From Phyllobates terribilis (Eukaryota), in NCBI RefSeq assembly GCF_046119375.1, contig NW_027362764.1:102486001-102550000 (forward strand): a stretch of 64,000 nt of DNA, read 5' to 3'. Under the pieces are notes generated by a model, which was not told where the DNA came from, did no database searches, and worked only from the letters and a program-made list of their open reading frames with translations. The position numbers were made by a program, and so were the translations under genes. Each line of letters begins with the position of its first letter. Within the stretch, counting starts at the first letter, position 1. Below, in pieces: positions 14,172 to 26,126 of this stretch.

Positions 14172-14540
14172 TTAAGAGTTTGTTCACATGTAGATTTTTC
14201 CTGCACTTTTTTCTGCTGTGTTTTTACTGTGCGTTTTTACTGCGGAAAAACAACACAGCATTTTGTAGTACCAGCAAAGTGAATGAGATTTCTGGAATCT
14301 CATGCATAGACTGCTGATTTTTTTTCTTTGCATACTTGAACAATCAAACCATTTTTTCTAATCTGCAGCGTGTCATCTCTTTCTGCGTTTTTTACCAATT
14401 CAAATGGATGTGAAAAAATAAACGTAAGTAAAACCCATTAGAAACACAACAAAGATGCACATATTTTACACTGTTTTTCTGCCAAGACTCTGGTATTTGG
14501 TGCAGATTTTTCTGCACCAAATACCAATGTGTGCACACAA
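14172..14540. mobile_element. Degenerate PIF/Harbinger-type MITE
   Basis: Begins TTAAGAGTTTGTTCACATG, ends ...TGTGTGCACA; internal TTTTTCTGC/GCAGATTTT motifs. Confidence 0.4.
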
Positions 14541-14925
14541 GTGCATGTATTTCTGCAACTGCACTGCCAATCAACAAATTAAATTCCAGAACAATCCGCC
14601 CAATGTAGTGAGCTGATAACAAAATGTTTTACTGGTAAAATGTATATGCCAATAAGCCAAATCATTCAGCTTGTGTCATCTGCTGCAAATTTGCAATGTA
14701 TGTGGCAAGTTAACTGTGGTACACTGGTGAATAAAAAGCTATTGTATCTTAAAGAAAACATGTCAGCAAAAAAACCCACGTTATTTTCATGCAGTGACAG
14801 TGATAATCTGCAGGGATAAAACATGTGCAGCTGTCTGATTGGGAGTTGGGCTGCAGAGAGAAAATTACATCATAATCTCCCTGTTGCGGCTCGATTCCAG
14901 TCATCAGTCCAGATCAGGAGCTGTG

Positions 14926-15975
14926 TGACGCGCCCCTGGGGCAATAAGGTACTCGGCAGCCGGGCCTATGGATTCTGGGGGGGTATGTCACAGTGGCTGG
15001 CCCGGTCCGTGGCCCAGGGCGGTCAACCAAAGAGGGGGATTGTAACTTGGATAGGAAAAATAAAATAAATAGTTTGTGACGCCACCTGTGGTACCTGGTA
15101 AGGTTTACCAGCGCTGCTGCAGACCTCCGGGGGGTGATGGGATGGCAGCTGAGGTGTTTCTGCTCCCCACAGGTGGAGCGGGCCCCCGGGGCAGTATGGA
15201 GTGTGATGGTGGTGATGCTGGGACTTGTAGTGCAGGCGGATGGCGCAGCAGGAGTAACTGACAGAGACAGGGGATTTGCTTCAATACCTTTACTGGTGCG
15301 GATGTCAGGTATGGTCCAGGGTACTCGGTAGGATGGGTGCACTTCAGGACTTCTCCCCAGTGAGCGGGTATAAGGCCTCCTGGTCCATGTCTGCCTCTCT
15401 GTATGCTCCTGGCCAGCCTGCAACTTGGCCTAGCTTATGTGTCGTACTGTTCCTTCACCTGTCACTCGGTAGTAGGACCTTCTGCTGGCAACCACTATCC
15501 CTGGTAACGCTGGGGCCTTCGTGGTTCCTGGTCCTGTGATGGGTCTAGCTTCCGGTCGTCCAGGGACTTGTAGTCCTCCTGGAATGCTTGTGATCCCTAC
15601 TGGGTATAAAGGGACCCTGTAGGCGCGGACCCGGTGTCCGGTTTATATATCGGGGAGAGCCTATGATGCTCCTCTGCCCCCTTAACTCCTTTCTCCTCTT
15701 TGCCATCGGCCACACTCGGGGCCCTCAGAACTCAGCAGCAGACGAGCTGCGTCTTCGCTGCTCTCAGCGTCAGCACGCTCTCAGACTCTCTCTGACTGAC
15801 TCCAACTGAACTGACTGCCTGGCTCCACCCTTTATATTTATATATCTCTAACGGGCTCCCTCTGGTGGTATGAGGTGGAAGGGTGGAGGTGTTTGTATGT
15901 AATGAGGGCCTCTTGTGGAGAAGTCCGTCCATGCACCCTGGGTCCTGTGGTACCTGTGCACAGCAGGGTGCCACA
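14926..15975 (-). mobile_element. Solo LTR (Gypsy-like), ~1.05 kb
   Basis: TGACGCGCCCC...GGGTGCCACA flanked by 4-bp TGTG duplication (left boundary ambiguous by 2 bp); TATA-like TATATAAATATAAA on minus near 15840; AGTAAA on minus near 15290; no internal ORFs. Confidence 0.7.
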
Positions 15976-16166
15976 TGTGCACAGTGAACGTGTTGTAATC
16001 ACTCCCCCTACTCTTTGACTGACATCCTTCTCTTTAGTGTGTGAGCTGAGTAGGCTTTCAGTCAACGTGTAGTGGGAGTGGTTACAGCAAAGTCACTGTG
16101 TGGCCAGCGCTGACTGTTCACAGCCTGAAGAATGGAAGCGAGTGACTGCAGGGAAAATAAAACTTA

Positions 16167-17760
16167 CCATATTTTTGGATTATAAGATGCACTTTTTTTC
16201 CACCAAATTTGGGAAGAAAATGGGGGTGCGTTTTATAATCCGAAGTGAGCTTATCAGGGGGATGGCTATGGTGGAGGGGAGTCACAGGAGACAGGGCGGC
16301 TGCTTCAGGAGGCTGGCGGTGCAGCAACGGGGTGATGCTGGGGAGCCCTGGGCTCTCAGAAGATGTCGGCGTCTGTGATGTCACCTCTCCCATAGATTTC
16401 CCATGGGCTTCGGGAAAATGGCCGCTGAAGGCGGTGCATGTGACGCGCCCCTGGGCCTGTGTCGCGCTGCGTTGCGCACGCGGGAGCTTACCCGGAGCCG
16501 GATCTCTTGAGGGTTGTAGTCTCGTGGCGGTGATCCGGTCCGTGCCCAGGGAGTCAGACTAAGTGGCGCTGTATTAGCGGTAGATGTTGGACGACTACGC
16601 CACCCGTTGAGTACAGCTAAGGAGCTGCTGCTGCAGGGCAGACCGCTGAGGCCGGTGGTAGGATTGTGCAGCGTGATAGTATAACCCCCAACGGGAGGGG
16701 TATGGCCTCAGGGCAGCCGACGTGGATGATGGGGGTAGCAGGAACCACTCGGAGACGGTACGGTGTAGTTCAGGGTCTTTACTGGTGACAACGATAGACC
16801 CTCCCGGAGTACTGGCTAGCGATTGGGGCCTGGTCAGTCCTTGAGCAGAGGGGATCTCCCCTGGCCAGGCGGAGTTGTAGGCCTCCCAAACTAACAATAC
16901 TCTTCTGGCTACCTTGCTAGAAGCGGGTATAAGTAGCCCACGTCCCTGAGTGTACCGTGTGGTGCTCACCCGTATGGCCGGTGACTCGGGGCCTTCTAGT
17001 AGCTTCCGCTCCACGACGGCGGTGCTGGTCCCACGCGTGTGACCGTGCCTTCGGGTTTCTGGGCCAGAGGACCTGCAATCCCCTGCCGGTCGGTTTCTGC
17101 TGCTGGATAGGAGTTAGTCCCCACAGCCTCGGACTCCGGGTCCGGTGATAACTTCTCAGTCAGGGCGAGCTCTGCAGCTGCCAGCCCCTGACTCCTTGTA
17201 GCACTGCTCCCACAGAGCTCCTGATGTTCTTTTCCTATATCTGCTTCTCTGTCTCTACTTCTTCTCTACTCCCTAACCCTGCCTCAGCCCTAGGTTTATA
17301 TAGGGGAAGTTCTTCCCCTCCCAGGACTGGGCAGGAGGTGTGGCATGCATAGGATCCCTGACCAAGAGACCTCCCACCTGCTCTCAGACATAACATTGCT
17401 GTTACTGTGGAAACCAGACCCCTGGGGTGCCACACATGCGCAGATTGAGATCTCATCTCCCGAGATCTTGTCTCCCAAGATATCAATCTGAGCATTTGCC
17501 GCCTCCGGCGTCCATTTTCCTGAAGCCCGCCGCAAGGAAGTCATTGGGAAAGGGGACTCCGCTCACCGGCACCTACATCTTCTGAGAGACCAAGGCCCAC
17601 ACCATCGCCCCGCTCCTGCCGCCGCCGGCCTCCTGAAGCAGCGACCCTGCCTCCTGTGACTCCGCTCCACTTCAGCAGCCCTCCAGGTAACTTACCATTA
17701 AAACGGACTATAAGACACACCACATTTTATTTAAACATTTTTTTTTCCTATTTTCCACCC
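16167..17760. mobile_element. Tc2/Kanga-like (TcMar) MITE interrupted by a solo LTR
   Basis: TA|CCATATTTTTGGATTATAAGATGCAC start; the halves rejoin as GCGGTGCATGCGCAGATTGAGATCTC, like the related MITE at 32096-32614. Confidence 0.7.
16441..17434 (-). mobile_element. Solo LTR, same family as 14926-15975
   Basis: TGACGCGCCCCTGGG...GGGGTGCCACA with 4-bp CATG duplication; TATATAAA on minus near 17300. Confidence 0.75.
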
Positions 17761-18030
17761 CATAGCTCTTTCTCCCCCTCCCATACTCATAGTTCTGCTT
17801 CACGTCACTTGTGTCATCTATTGCATTATTCTTGTGCCCTGTTGTGTATAAATATGTGATTCTTCAGATTTTATGTTATTCTATGCCTGATGAAGAGACC
17901 TGAGAAGTCTCGATAGCTTGCAATTCGTTACCATCTTTTCAGATTAAAAGGTATCAACCACTGAGGACGCTCAAATCCTAATATTTTTCTCTCTACTGGC
18001 TAACACAGTACAAATATATATTTTTTCCTG
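17760..18030 (+). mobile_element. Penelope-like element terminal-repeat fragment
   Basis: AT-rich segment carrying a hammerhead motif followed by ACCATCTTTTCAG..AAAAGGTATCAAC; family assignment is from recalled PLE architecture. Confidence 0.5.
17881..17925 (+). ncRNA. Degenerate type I hammerhead ribozyme
   Basis: CTGATGA (17887-93), stem II GAGAC/GTCTC, GATA in place of GAAA, then GCTT (AGCT palindrome), with TGC/GCA closing stem I. Confidence 0.6.
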
Positions 18031-19709
18031 CATCCGAGGTCACACGTTCAGCTAAAAAAAGCATTGGTGTCAGTGGGCCCCAGGAACCCAGTCATAATTG
18101 CACCCTCTGTATGGATATTGTAACCAATCACTCACATTGAGATGATTTTATGTGGATACACATCTGGTATTAATAATGTAATTATGAAGTACATTGTTAT
18201 GTACACTGTTTATGATTATTCACTTTTATTCAAATTGATGTATCTTATGTATGATAAACTGGATTAATCACATGCACATGCAATAACACATTTGTTTGCA
18301 CTTGTACCCTTTGAATGCTGCCTCCATTTTTGTCTGTTTTTGCATTTTCATATTTTCTTATGTATTTCCTTATTTTTTTAGTAATAAAATAGACATTCAA
18401 TAAATTAAAATGTGTCCATTATATAAAAGATTTAAAAAAAAAAATAGCATCCCTGGTACTTTTCAAAGAAATACAATGGGACAAAATAAGGTTGTTAGTT
18501 TTGTTTCGGAAAAAAGACAGTGCCAGCAAAAGGCGGCTGTATTTAGGTGGTGTGTACAGGTCTAATAATGGATTACAAGAAGAAAGAACTGTGCAAAAAA
18601 ACATTAGTATTGATTTCAGGATTCTTCTTTACTAGAAAAATTAGGTCAGAGAGTATTAAACTGCCCTCCTGGTTTGCAATTGTTCTAATAAACACAAAGG
18701 AAATCCACAAGACACGTGTAATTGCAATAATTTTCTGTGAGAAATTCTTCATTTTCTGAACATTTCAAGGGAGCCAACACTTTCAGCCATGACTGTAGGT
18801 GTGCACCTCATAGAGCCTTTTCATTGAGTTCCTTTGATTTATCCTCTACTCAGTATGTACAAGCCCTTCTGTTACGATGGTCATCTGACTGCCACATTGG
18901 GATCAGAGGCGTAGCTAGGGTTTTGGTTCGGGGGGCGGGTGGGGGTAGGAACTTCTGAGTGGGCCCCTTACCAGATAACCCTGATTACAGCTATGGTGGC
19001 GCACCCAGATAGTGGATGTAGGAAAACCTCAGCAGATGACGGCGCTGTTACTAAAAATAATCTCTATACAAAGACCAGCACTGATACTACCGCCATATGG
19101 TGACATATATTGATAGATGCCAGTCCTGCAGAACATATAAGAGATCACAGCACGGTTATATATTGTAACTTACAGCTGATGTTCTTTCTGATTAAATTGT
19201 TCATTTTTTCCGTCTTTTCCATCTGGCCCAGACCGACACGACAACTCCTCCATCCAGGACTCAGTCTCAGGTCTTCAGAGATCACATTTGACTCCTTACA
19301 TTTCAGACCCCATCCCCATCTATTCCCAACCTGCACAAACTCCTCATCCTGCTGATACCCCAATACTGAGTTCCTATTACTGCACCTGCTGTGTGTCCTC
19401 TAGGTGGTTAAACAAGCCTCTAGAATACAGTAATGCAGTGTGCCAGTGCCCTAGAAAACAGTGCCCACATTTTGCCCCCTAGAAAGCAATAATGCCCTTT
19501 GTGTGCCCCTTTGACAGTCATAATAACCTGAGTTCCCCTATAACGATAACTGCCCACTTAACATTAAAAAATGTATTGAGTTTCCCCCCATGTACAGCTC
19601 CCCTCTACACAGTATGATGCTCTCCTATACACAGTATAATGCCCCCTCACTGTATAGTACCCCACACACAGTATACTGACCCCTTAGTAGCCTCCAAACT
19701 GATGGCTCC

Positions 19710-20040
19710 AACACTGTATGATGGACCCCACAATGCTCAAAGACCCCACATTATCTCCCACACTGTATGATGACCCCCACACTGTGCCAAGACCCCCACA
19801 TTATCTCCCACACTGTATGATGGCCCCCACACTGTGCAAAGACCCCACATTATCTCCCACACTGTATGATGGCCCCCACATTATACAAAGACCCCACATT
19901 ATCTCCCACACTGTATGATGGCCCCCACACTATACAAAGACCCAACATTATCTCCCACATTGTATTATGGCCCCCACACTGTGCAAATACCCCACATGAT
20001 CTCCCAAACTGTATGACCCTAACTGTAATCCCCACACTGT
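19710..20040. repeat. ~49-bp minisatellite
   Basis: GACCCCACATTATCTCCCACACTGTATGATGGCCCCCAC near 19743, 19791, 19841, 19890, 19939. Confidence 0.9.
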
Positions 20041-20094
20041 ATAAATAGCCTACATATAGTATAATGCACCAGATAGTCCTTCATATAGTATAAT

Positions 20095-20415
20095 CCACTC
20101 ATAGGCAGGGTCTGTAACATAATCCCCCCCCATAGGCAGTCTGTAGAAAAATCCCCCCCCCCCCCCCATAGGCAGTCTGTAGCATAATCCCCCCCCTAGG
20201 CAGTCTGTAGAATAATCCCCCTCATAGGCAGTCTGTAGCATAATCTACTCTCCCCCCCCATAGGCAGTCTGTGGCATAATCTCTCCCCCAAAGGCAGTTT
20301 GTAGTATAATCCCACCCATAGGCAGTCTGTAGTATAATTTCCCCCCCATAGGCATTTTGCAGTATAATCTCCCCCCCATAAGCAAAGTATTTAGCATAAT
20401 ATCTCCCCCAATAGG
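20095..20415. repeat. ~30-bp minisatellite
   Basis: ATAGGCAGTCTGTAGCATAATC(C)n repeated about 10 times. Confidence 0.9.
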
Positions 20416-21104
20416 AAAAATAAATAAATAAACGCACTTCTCACCTCTCCTCCTCGTTCCCTCGCTGCTCCGAGAGCCCGGCCCACACACATCTTCAGCA
20501 CTGCAGCCGGGCGCCAGGTGATGACATCATTGACGTCAGAGACGCAGAGGGGGGACTGATGGGAGAGGGAGCGTTGCGCTCCTTCTCTCATCAGTTAACC
20601 TGCAGCAGTGACGGGCGGGGGAGTACGATGCTGGCACCGGGCCCCCCCCCGTCATGCTCAAGGGCCGCATATCGGCCGCCGGGCAGTGCAGGGACATCCA
20701 GTCTCCCTGGTCTGCCCAGAATGTAACTGTAAAGGCGTGCTACGCCGATACAGTTACAGTAGCATAGCTCTGGGTGGGCCCCCTCAGAGCGCGGGACCCG
20801 GGGCGACTGCCCCCTCTGCCTCTCCAGTAGCTATGCTGCTGATTGGGATATTCTATTTTTTCCTGAGTGATGCATGAGCGCACTGGGTTCTTTGGTGGTC
20901 TGATGTCACACCATGAGCCAGTCATATGATTGGCTGACACTCATTGGAGATTACTGTGCATGTGCCGGTGTCTGTGGTAGGTCATGTGTGTCTTCACTAT
21001 ATGTGAGGTAATTATTTTACACTTACTCATCATATGTTGCTTTATGTTTATGCATATGCTGATTGGTCACTGACACTTTAAATACCTAGCCCACAGTCCC
21101 ACCA

Positions 21105-21144
21105 ACCACCGCTGATGAAGCATTTATGAAACATGCGTCGGGTG
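21105..21144 (+). ncRNA. Highly degenerate hammerhead-like motif in a probable Penelope-like tail
   Basis: CACC-G-CTGATGA-AGCATTTAT-GAAA-CATGC-GTC-GGGTG: both core boxes, GTC triplet and CACC/GGTG stem I present; stem II eroded. Confidence 0.45.
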
Positions 21145-22458
21145 TTTGGTATGCACTTTGAGCTTTATATTATGTGACTTTTGGGAATTATCTTGCCTAC
21201 GACACCAACTATATACTCTGTGTGAGTACATATATGAGGTATTACCTATACATTGGTTATTTGTATGTTTTATATATCTCCACAGATACTCCTTTCGTAT
21301 TTTGTTATGACATATAAGTATTGGTGCCTTTATGTTATTGGGGCTCCCTCTCTGGCTCACCCACCAATTTGTCCTTTTGTATGTATTGTTGGACATCTAT
21401 ACCTGTTTTTTAATGTTCAATTAAAAAAAAAATCGTAAATATTTGGCATAGTCCTGACACACATTTGTTCTTTCGGTTTCCCATTTAATCCGAGGGCATG
21501 ATTTAGGGGCTGAGAGTCTGATTCTAGCAATGTATCATTTTCTGGGACGTGAGTTGTAGTTTCAATAAAGTCACTGATTTATCAGCACGATAATATTACT
21601 ATACAGAGGACTGATTGTCTCATTCATATTTTCTTCTCATTCATATTTTTCTCAGAAATACTCCGGCGTTGGGAAAAGCTGGAGGCTGAACTGGACTAGT
21701 CTCATCTCTGGCTATGGTCCCAGACTAGATCATCTAGCTACAAAAAAAAAATATTATGCATGTGACATATCCACCTATATATATACTGTATCTATGCTAA
21801 CTATATAATGTTTGTATCCACATATACATTTAGTCACTTCCTTGACTAACCATATTTTTATACCATACTCGCATTGTCTTTATGTAAAATTACATTTGTA
21901 CTTGATACTATTCATATATTTTCAATATACTGTTGACAGCACTATGCAGCTCGTCTCCCTACTTAACTTTGACATGCGTCACTTTTACTAAATACAACTG
22001 TTATGTGCCCTTTTTCTTATGTTTGTGTGTCCATCACATCTTTTATACTTGACTAATGAAATATAGTTTTTATATTTTCATACATTGTTCTATTGACTTT
22101 TTTCTCGGTTTTCTGGTGTTTTGCTTCCTTTAATTATCAGATTAGTCTTTCTTCGGAATTCATATCCTAGTCGCATGCACACATACAGGTGCTTCTCACA
22201 AAATTAGAATATCATCAAAAAGTTAATTTATTTCAGCTCTTCAATCCAAAAAGTAAAACTCATATATTATAAAGAGTCATTACAAACAGAGTGATCTATT
22301 TCAAGTGTTTATTTCTGTTAATGTTGATGATTATGGCTTACAGCCAATGAAAACATAAAAGTCATCATCTCAGTAAATAAGAATAATTATCAAAAAACAC
22401 CTAAAAGGCTTCCGTGTTTAAAAAAGTCCCTTAGTCTGTTTCAGTAGCCTCCACAATC

Positions 22459-24741
22459 ATGGAGAAGACTGCTGACTTGACAGATGTCCAGACGGCAGTC
22501 ATTGACACACTCCACAAGGAGGGTAAGCCACAAAAGGTCATTACTAAAGAAGCTGTTGTGACGCTCACAGCCCTCCCTGGGAGATGGGGAACTCGGAGCC
22601 GGGTCAGATGTTGGGGGAAGCAGTCGTGGCCTAGACCCGCTCCGTGCCCAGGGCCGTCACATTAAAAAGGGTGTAAGGGCTATCAGGGTTGAGTAGTTGC
22701 TATCGACTACGCCACCTGTGGTACCTGGTGAAGGCCACCAGCGCTGCTGCAGTCCTCTGAGGCGGGATGTTGTGGCAGCCGAAGATACTACTCTCCACAG
22801 GCGAAGGAGGGCCTCAGGGCAGAGACAAGGATGGAGGGAGTTGTAGTGTAAGAGGTCTGGTGCTGCGTAGTGCGGTGCAATGCAGAATAAAGAGTCCGGA
22901 GGCCATAGGGGTTGACTTCCAGGGTTGTTTACTGACGGTGGAGAATGCAGCTGAAAGGCTTCTCCCTGCTCCTCACGGAGTTCAGCGGTCACCAGAGACA
23001 AGGAGGGGGGTCCGACAACCTCCGAGTATGTCCAGTGTTCAATCTGGACCCCGCACCAGAGTGTTCCTAGACTTCAGACCGGGTCCTTTCCTGTCTGTGT
23101 GTGTGTAGATAGGCCGGGTCTCCCTCTGAACTTCACTCAGAAAAAGGATACAGGTGGCAGCTCTGCTCCTTCCGTTACCCGGTGGGATCCTCTGGGCCTA
23201 CCCGGGCTTCCCTGAACAGGACGTAGAGTAGCAAGGTCAGGTGTCGGGGGCCAGTACCCCTTTTGCAGCCGGAATCCCTCTGAATATATCAGTTTGGCGA
23301 GGACAGGTAGCGTATACCGCTCTGTCTGCATCCTCCCCGGGATCCATTTGCCTGTGGAGCTACACTCTTTAACTCCGGGCCTTCTTGGTCATGGTCCTTG
23401 ACCGGGTTGAGACATGTTAACTCCAACCTGCCCCTCGACCCAGGCCAGGGTACGAGGGCCGTGTCTCCCTCCTCCGCTGCAGGTCCACACAGGATCCACA
23501 TTCAGCGTGGGAGATCACAATCAAAAGAAAGTCAAAGAACCAAGAGCCAAGATGGCTGTGTATTAAATATGAATTATTAAGTGTCACTAAAATGTGAGTC
23601 CTCCACCCTCACCCACTAATTGGTTCCCCTATCTCTTGGTTCCCCAGTCTCCCAACTTCCAGTAGGGGCAGCACCTAGTGCCTATTAGCCCCCTCTGGTG
23701 GGAGAAGTGTGGTGTTGGATGTGAAGGAAGGGTCCTGACCATCGCACTGTTCTTACCTCAGAGGAGGAACACTACACCCCATTAAAGAGGTGCAGCATCC
23801 CTGTGGCGGTCGAACCCTCAGGGAAGCCACACTGTCTGTTCACAGAGTGCGGTATCCAAGCATATTAATGGAAAGTTGAGTGGAGGAAAAAGTGTGGTAG
23901 AAAAAGGTGCACAAGCAACCGGGATAACAGCTGTCTTAAAAGGATTGTTAAGAAAAGGCCATTAAAACATTTGGGGGAGATTCACAAGGAGTGGACTGCT
24001 GCTGGAGTCATTGCTTCAAGAGCCACCACACACAGACGTATCCAGGACATGGGCTACAAGTCTCACATTCCTTTTGTCAAGCCACTCATGACCAATAGAC
24101 AACCCCAGAAGTGTCTTACCTGGGCCAAGGAGAAAAAGACCTGGACTGTTGCTCAGTGGTCCAAGGTGTTGTTTTCAGATGAAAGTAAATTTTGCATTTA
24201 ATTTGGAAATCAAGGTCCCAGAGTCTGGAGGAAGAGTTGAGAGGCGCACAATCCAAGCTGTTTGAGGTCTAGTGTGAAGTGTCCACAATCAGTGATGGTT
24301 TGGGGAGTCATGTCATCTGCTGGTGTAGGTCCACTGTGTTTTATCAAGACCAAAGTCAGCGCAGCCGTCTACCAGGAAATTTTAGAGCACTTCATGCTTC
24401 CCTCTGCTGACAAGCTTTTTGGAGATGGAAATTTCATTCTCCAGCAGGACTTGGCACCTGTCCACACTGCCAAAAGTACCAATACCGGGTTTACACACAA
24501 CAGTATCACTGTGCTTGATTGGCCAGCAAACTCGCCTAACCTTAACCCCATAGAGAATCTATGAGGTATTGTCAAGAGGAAGATGAGAGACACCAGACCC
24601 AACAATGCTGACGAGCTGAAGGCTGCTATCAAAGCAACCTGGGCTTCCATAACACCTCAGTAGTGCCACAGGCTGATCGCCTCCATGACACGCCGCATTG
24701 ATGCAGTTATTGATGCAAAAGGAGCCCCGACCAAGTATTGA
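22459..24741 (+). pseudogene. Tc1 DD34E transposase, interrupted at 22557-23835, several stops
   Basis: MEKTADLTDVQ..; FSDESKF; QQDLAPVH; WPANSPNLNPIENL; GAPTKY stop. Confidence 0.92.
22557..23831 (-). mobile_element. Solo LTR (1275 bp), related family
   Basis: TGTGACGC...GCCACA with 4-bp TSD CTGT; shares CGCCACCTGTGGTACCTGGT..CCAGCGCTGCTGCAG with the LTR at 14926. Confidence 0.85.
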
Positions 24742-25763
24742 GGGCATTTACTGAATATACATTTCAGTAGGCCAACATTTCAGATTTTAAAATCATTTTT
24801 CAAACTGGTGTTCTAAAGTATTCTAATTTACTGAGATAATGACTTTTGTGTTTTCATTGGCTGTAAGTCATGATCATCAGCATTAACAGAAATAAACACT
24901 TGAAATAGTTCACTCTGTTTGTAATGGCTCTATATAATATATGAGTTTCACTTTTTGTATTGAAGAACTGAAATAAATTAACTTTTTGATGATATTCTAA
25001 TTTTGTGAGAAGCACCTGTATACTTTCTGTATTTATACATTTATATATTTATAACCTTGTGTACCTATGTGCATATATATTTGTCTGGTTCCCTGCAACT
25101 CCTCTTATCTTATGTATATATGTATAAATCGTCTTTTAAGTGGCAAGGGGTCATATGAGCAAACATGTACTTTAGAGCTTGAGCCCCTAACTTTTTTGGA
25201 CCCTAGCAACACCTCTGGTATGTAGTGTAATGTGTTAATATATTCACTTACCACCGAGTTCTCTGGTATCAAGGGTTGTTACTCTCCTTCTCCGTGTGAT
25301 GTCATCGTTCTCCAGAAAGTCCGGGTCACACTGTGCTCTATGTAACCTGGATGTGGCTTTAACAATGTAAGACTATAGAGTGTCAGAACGAGGCCCCATA
25401 GGCTTACATTGTAAAAGAGACTTCCGGCTCCCGCCCAGAGCAAACAGTGAGCGGAAGTCTCTGAAGAGCGATGACGTCACACAGAAGAGGAGCAGAAGCT
25501 GGATCCCGGAGAAGACGGCAGTACATGAGGTATATTAACTCAGTCACACTCAGGTACATACACATGTTTAGTGACAAAAAACAAAACTTCATGAGAGTGC
25601 TGCTTTAATGGGAGACATTGAACCAATAGTCTCCTGTTTGGGACCCCAGCAATCAAACATGTAAGACGTATAGTATAGATATGCCATACATTTCAGAAAT
25701 ATTCTATTAAATACAAAGGAACATTAATTAATTCAGAATTATTATTTTTTTAAATTCAGAATT

Positions 25764-25941
25764 GAATTCCCTATCAGTATGTCTTTGGAGTGTGGGAGGA
25801 AACCGGAGAACCCGGAGGAAACCCACGCAAACACGGGGAGAACATACAGACTCCTTGCAGATCTTGTCCTTGGTGAGATTTAAACCCAGGATCAAAGTGC
25901 TGCAAAGCAACAGTGCTAACCACTGAGCCACCGTGCTGCCC
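25764..25941 (-). mobile_element. tRNA-derived V-SINE
   Basis: Minus strand GGCAGCACGGTGGCTCAGTGGTTAGC (A box), GGTTTAAATCT (B box), V-core GGTTTCCTCCGGGTTCTCCGGTTTCCTCCCACA. Confidence 0.85.
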
Positions 25942-26028
25942 AAGTACAGCTTTGATGGTGGACTTGCTGTAGTTTCTTCAGGGCACTAGATGTGGAAAGT
26001 TTTCTGTCATTGAGATGACTATGGTGCC

Positions 26029-26126
26029 CTAATGACAGACTGGAAAAATGCATCTTCTTCTGATGCTGCGAGCAGCCCTGGATAACCCACGCCGGCAGGA
26101 TGATATCATCCGGCGGAAGATGGAAC
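26029..26126 (-). CDS. MAST-like terminal coding exon
   Basis: TCTCTTCTCACAG|[31 protein letters not shown] then TAG (26031-26029). Confidence 0.75.

Larger units (their letters stand above)
18904..20841. mobile_element. Non-autonomous hAT element, 1938 bp
   Basis: TIRs CAGAGGCGTAGCTA / TAGCTATGCTGCTG; perfect 8-bp TSD ATTGGGAT (18896-18903, 20842-20849). Confidence 0.88.
22186..25018 (+). mobile_element. Tc1 transposon, full length (~1.55 kb net) with LTR insertion
   Basis: TA|CAGGTGCTTCTCACAAAATTAGAATATC...GATATTCTAATTTTGTGAGAAGCACCTG|TA; long ~200-bp inverted repeats. Confidence 0.95.

Noticed and set aside
19718-20490. Repetitive short ORFs
   Set aside because: Translations of the 49-bp and 30-bp minisatellites.
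23655-23702. Paired CTCF sites in the third LTR
   Set aside because: Each candidate misses a core position (one G short, or G instead of C); not supportable without a PWM scan.
25880-25941. tRNA gene (also 39380-39447)
   Set aside because: A and B boxes are present but there is no complete cloverleaf; the head continues into a V-SINE core.
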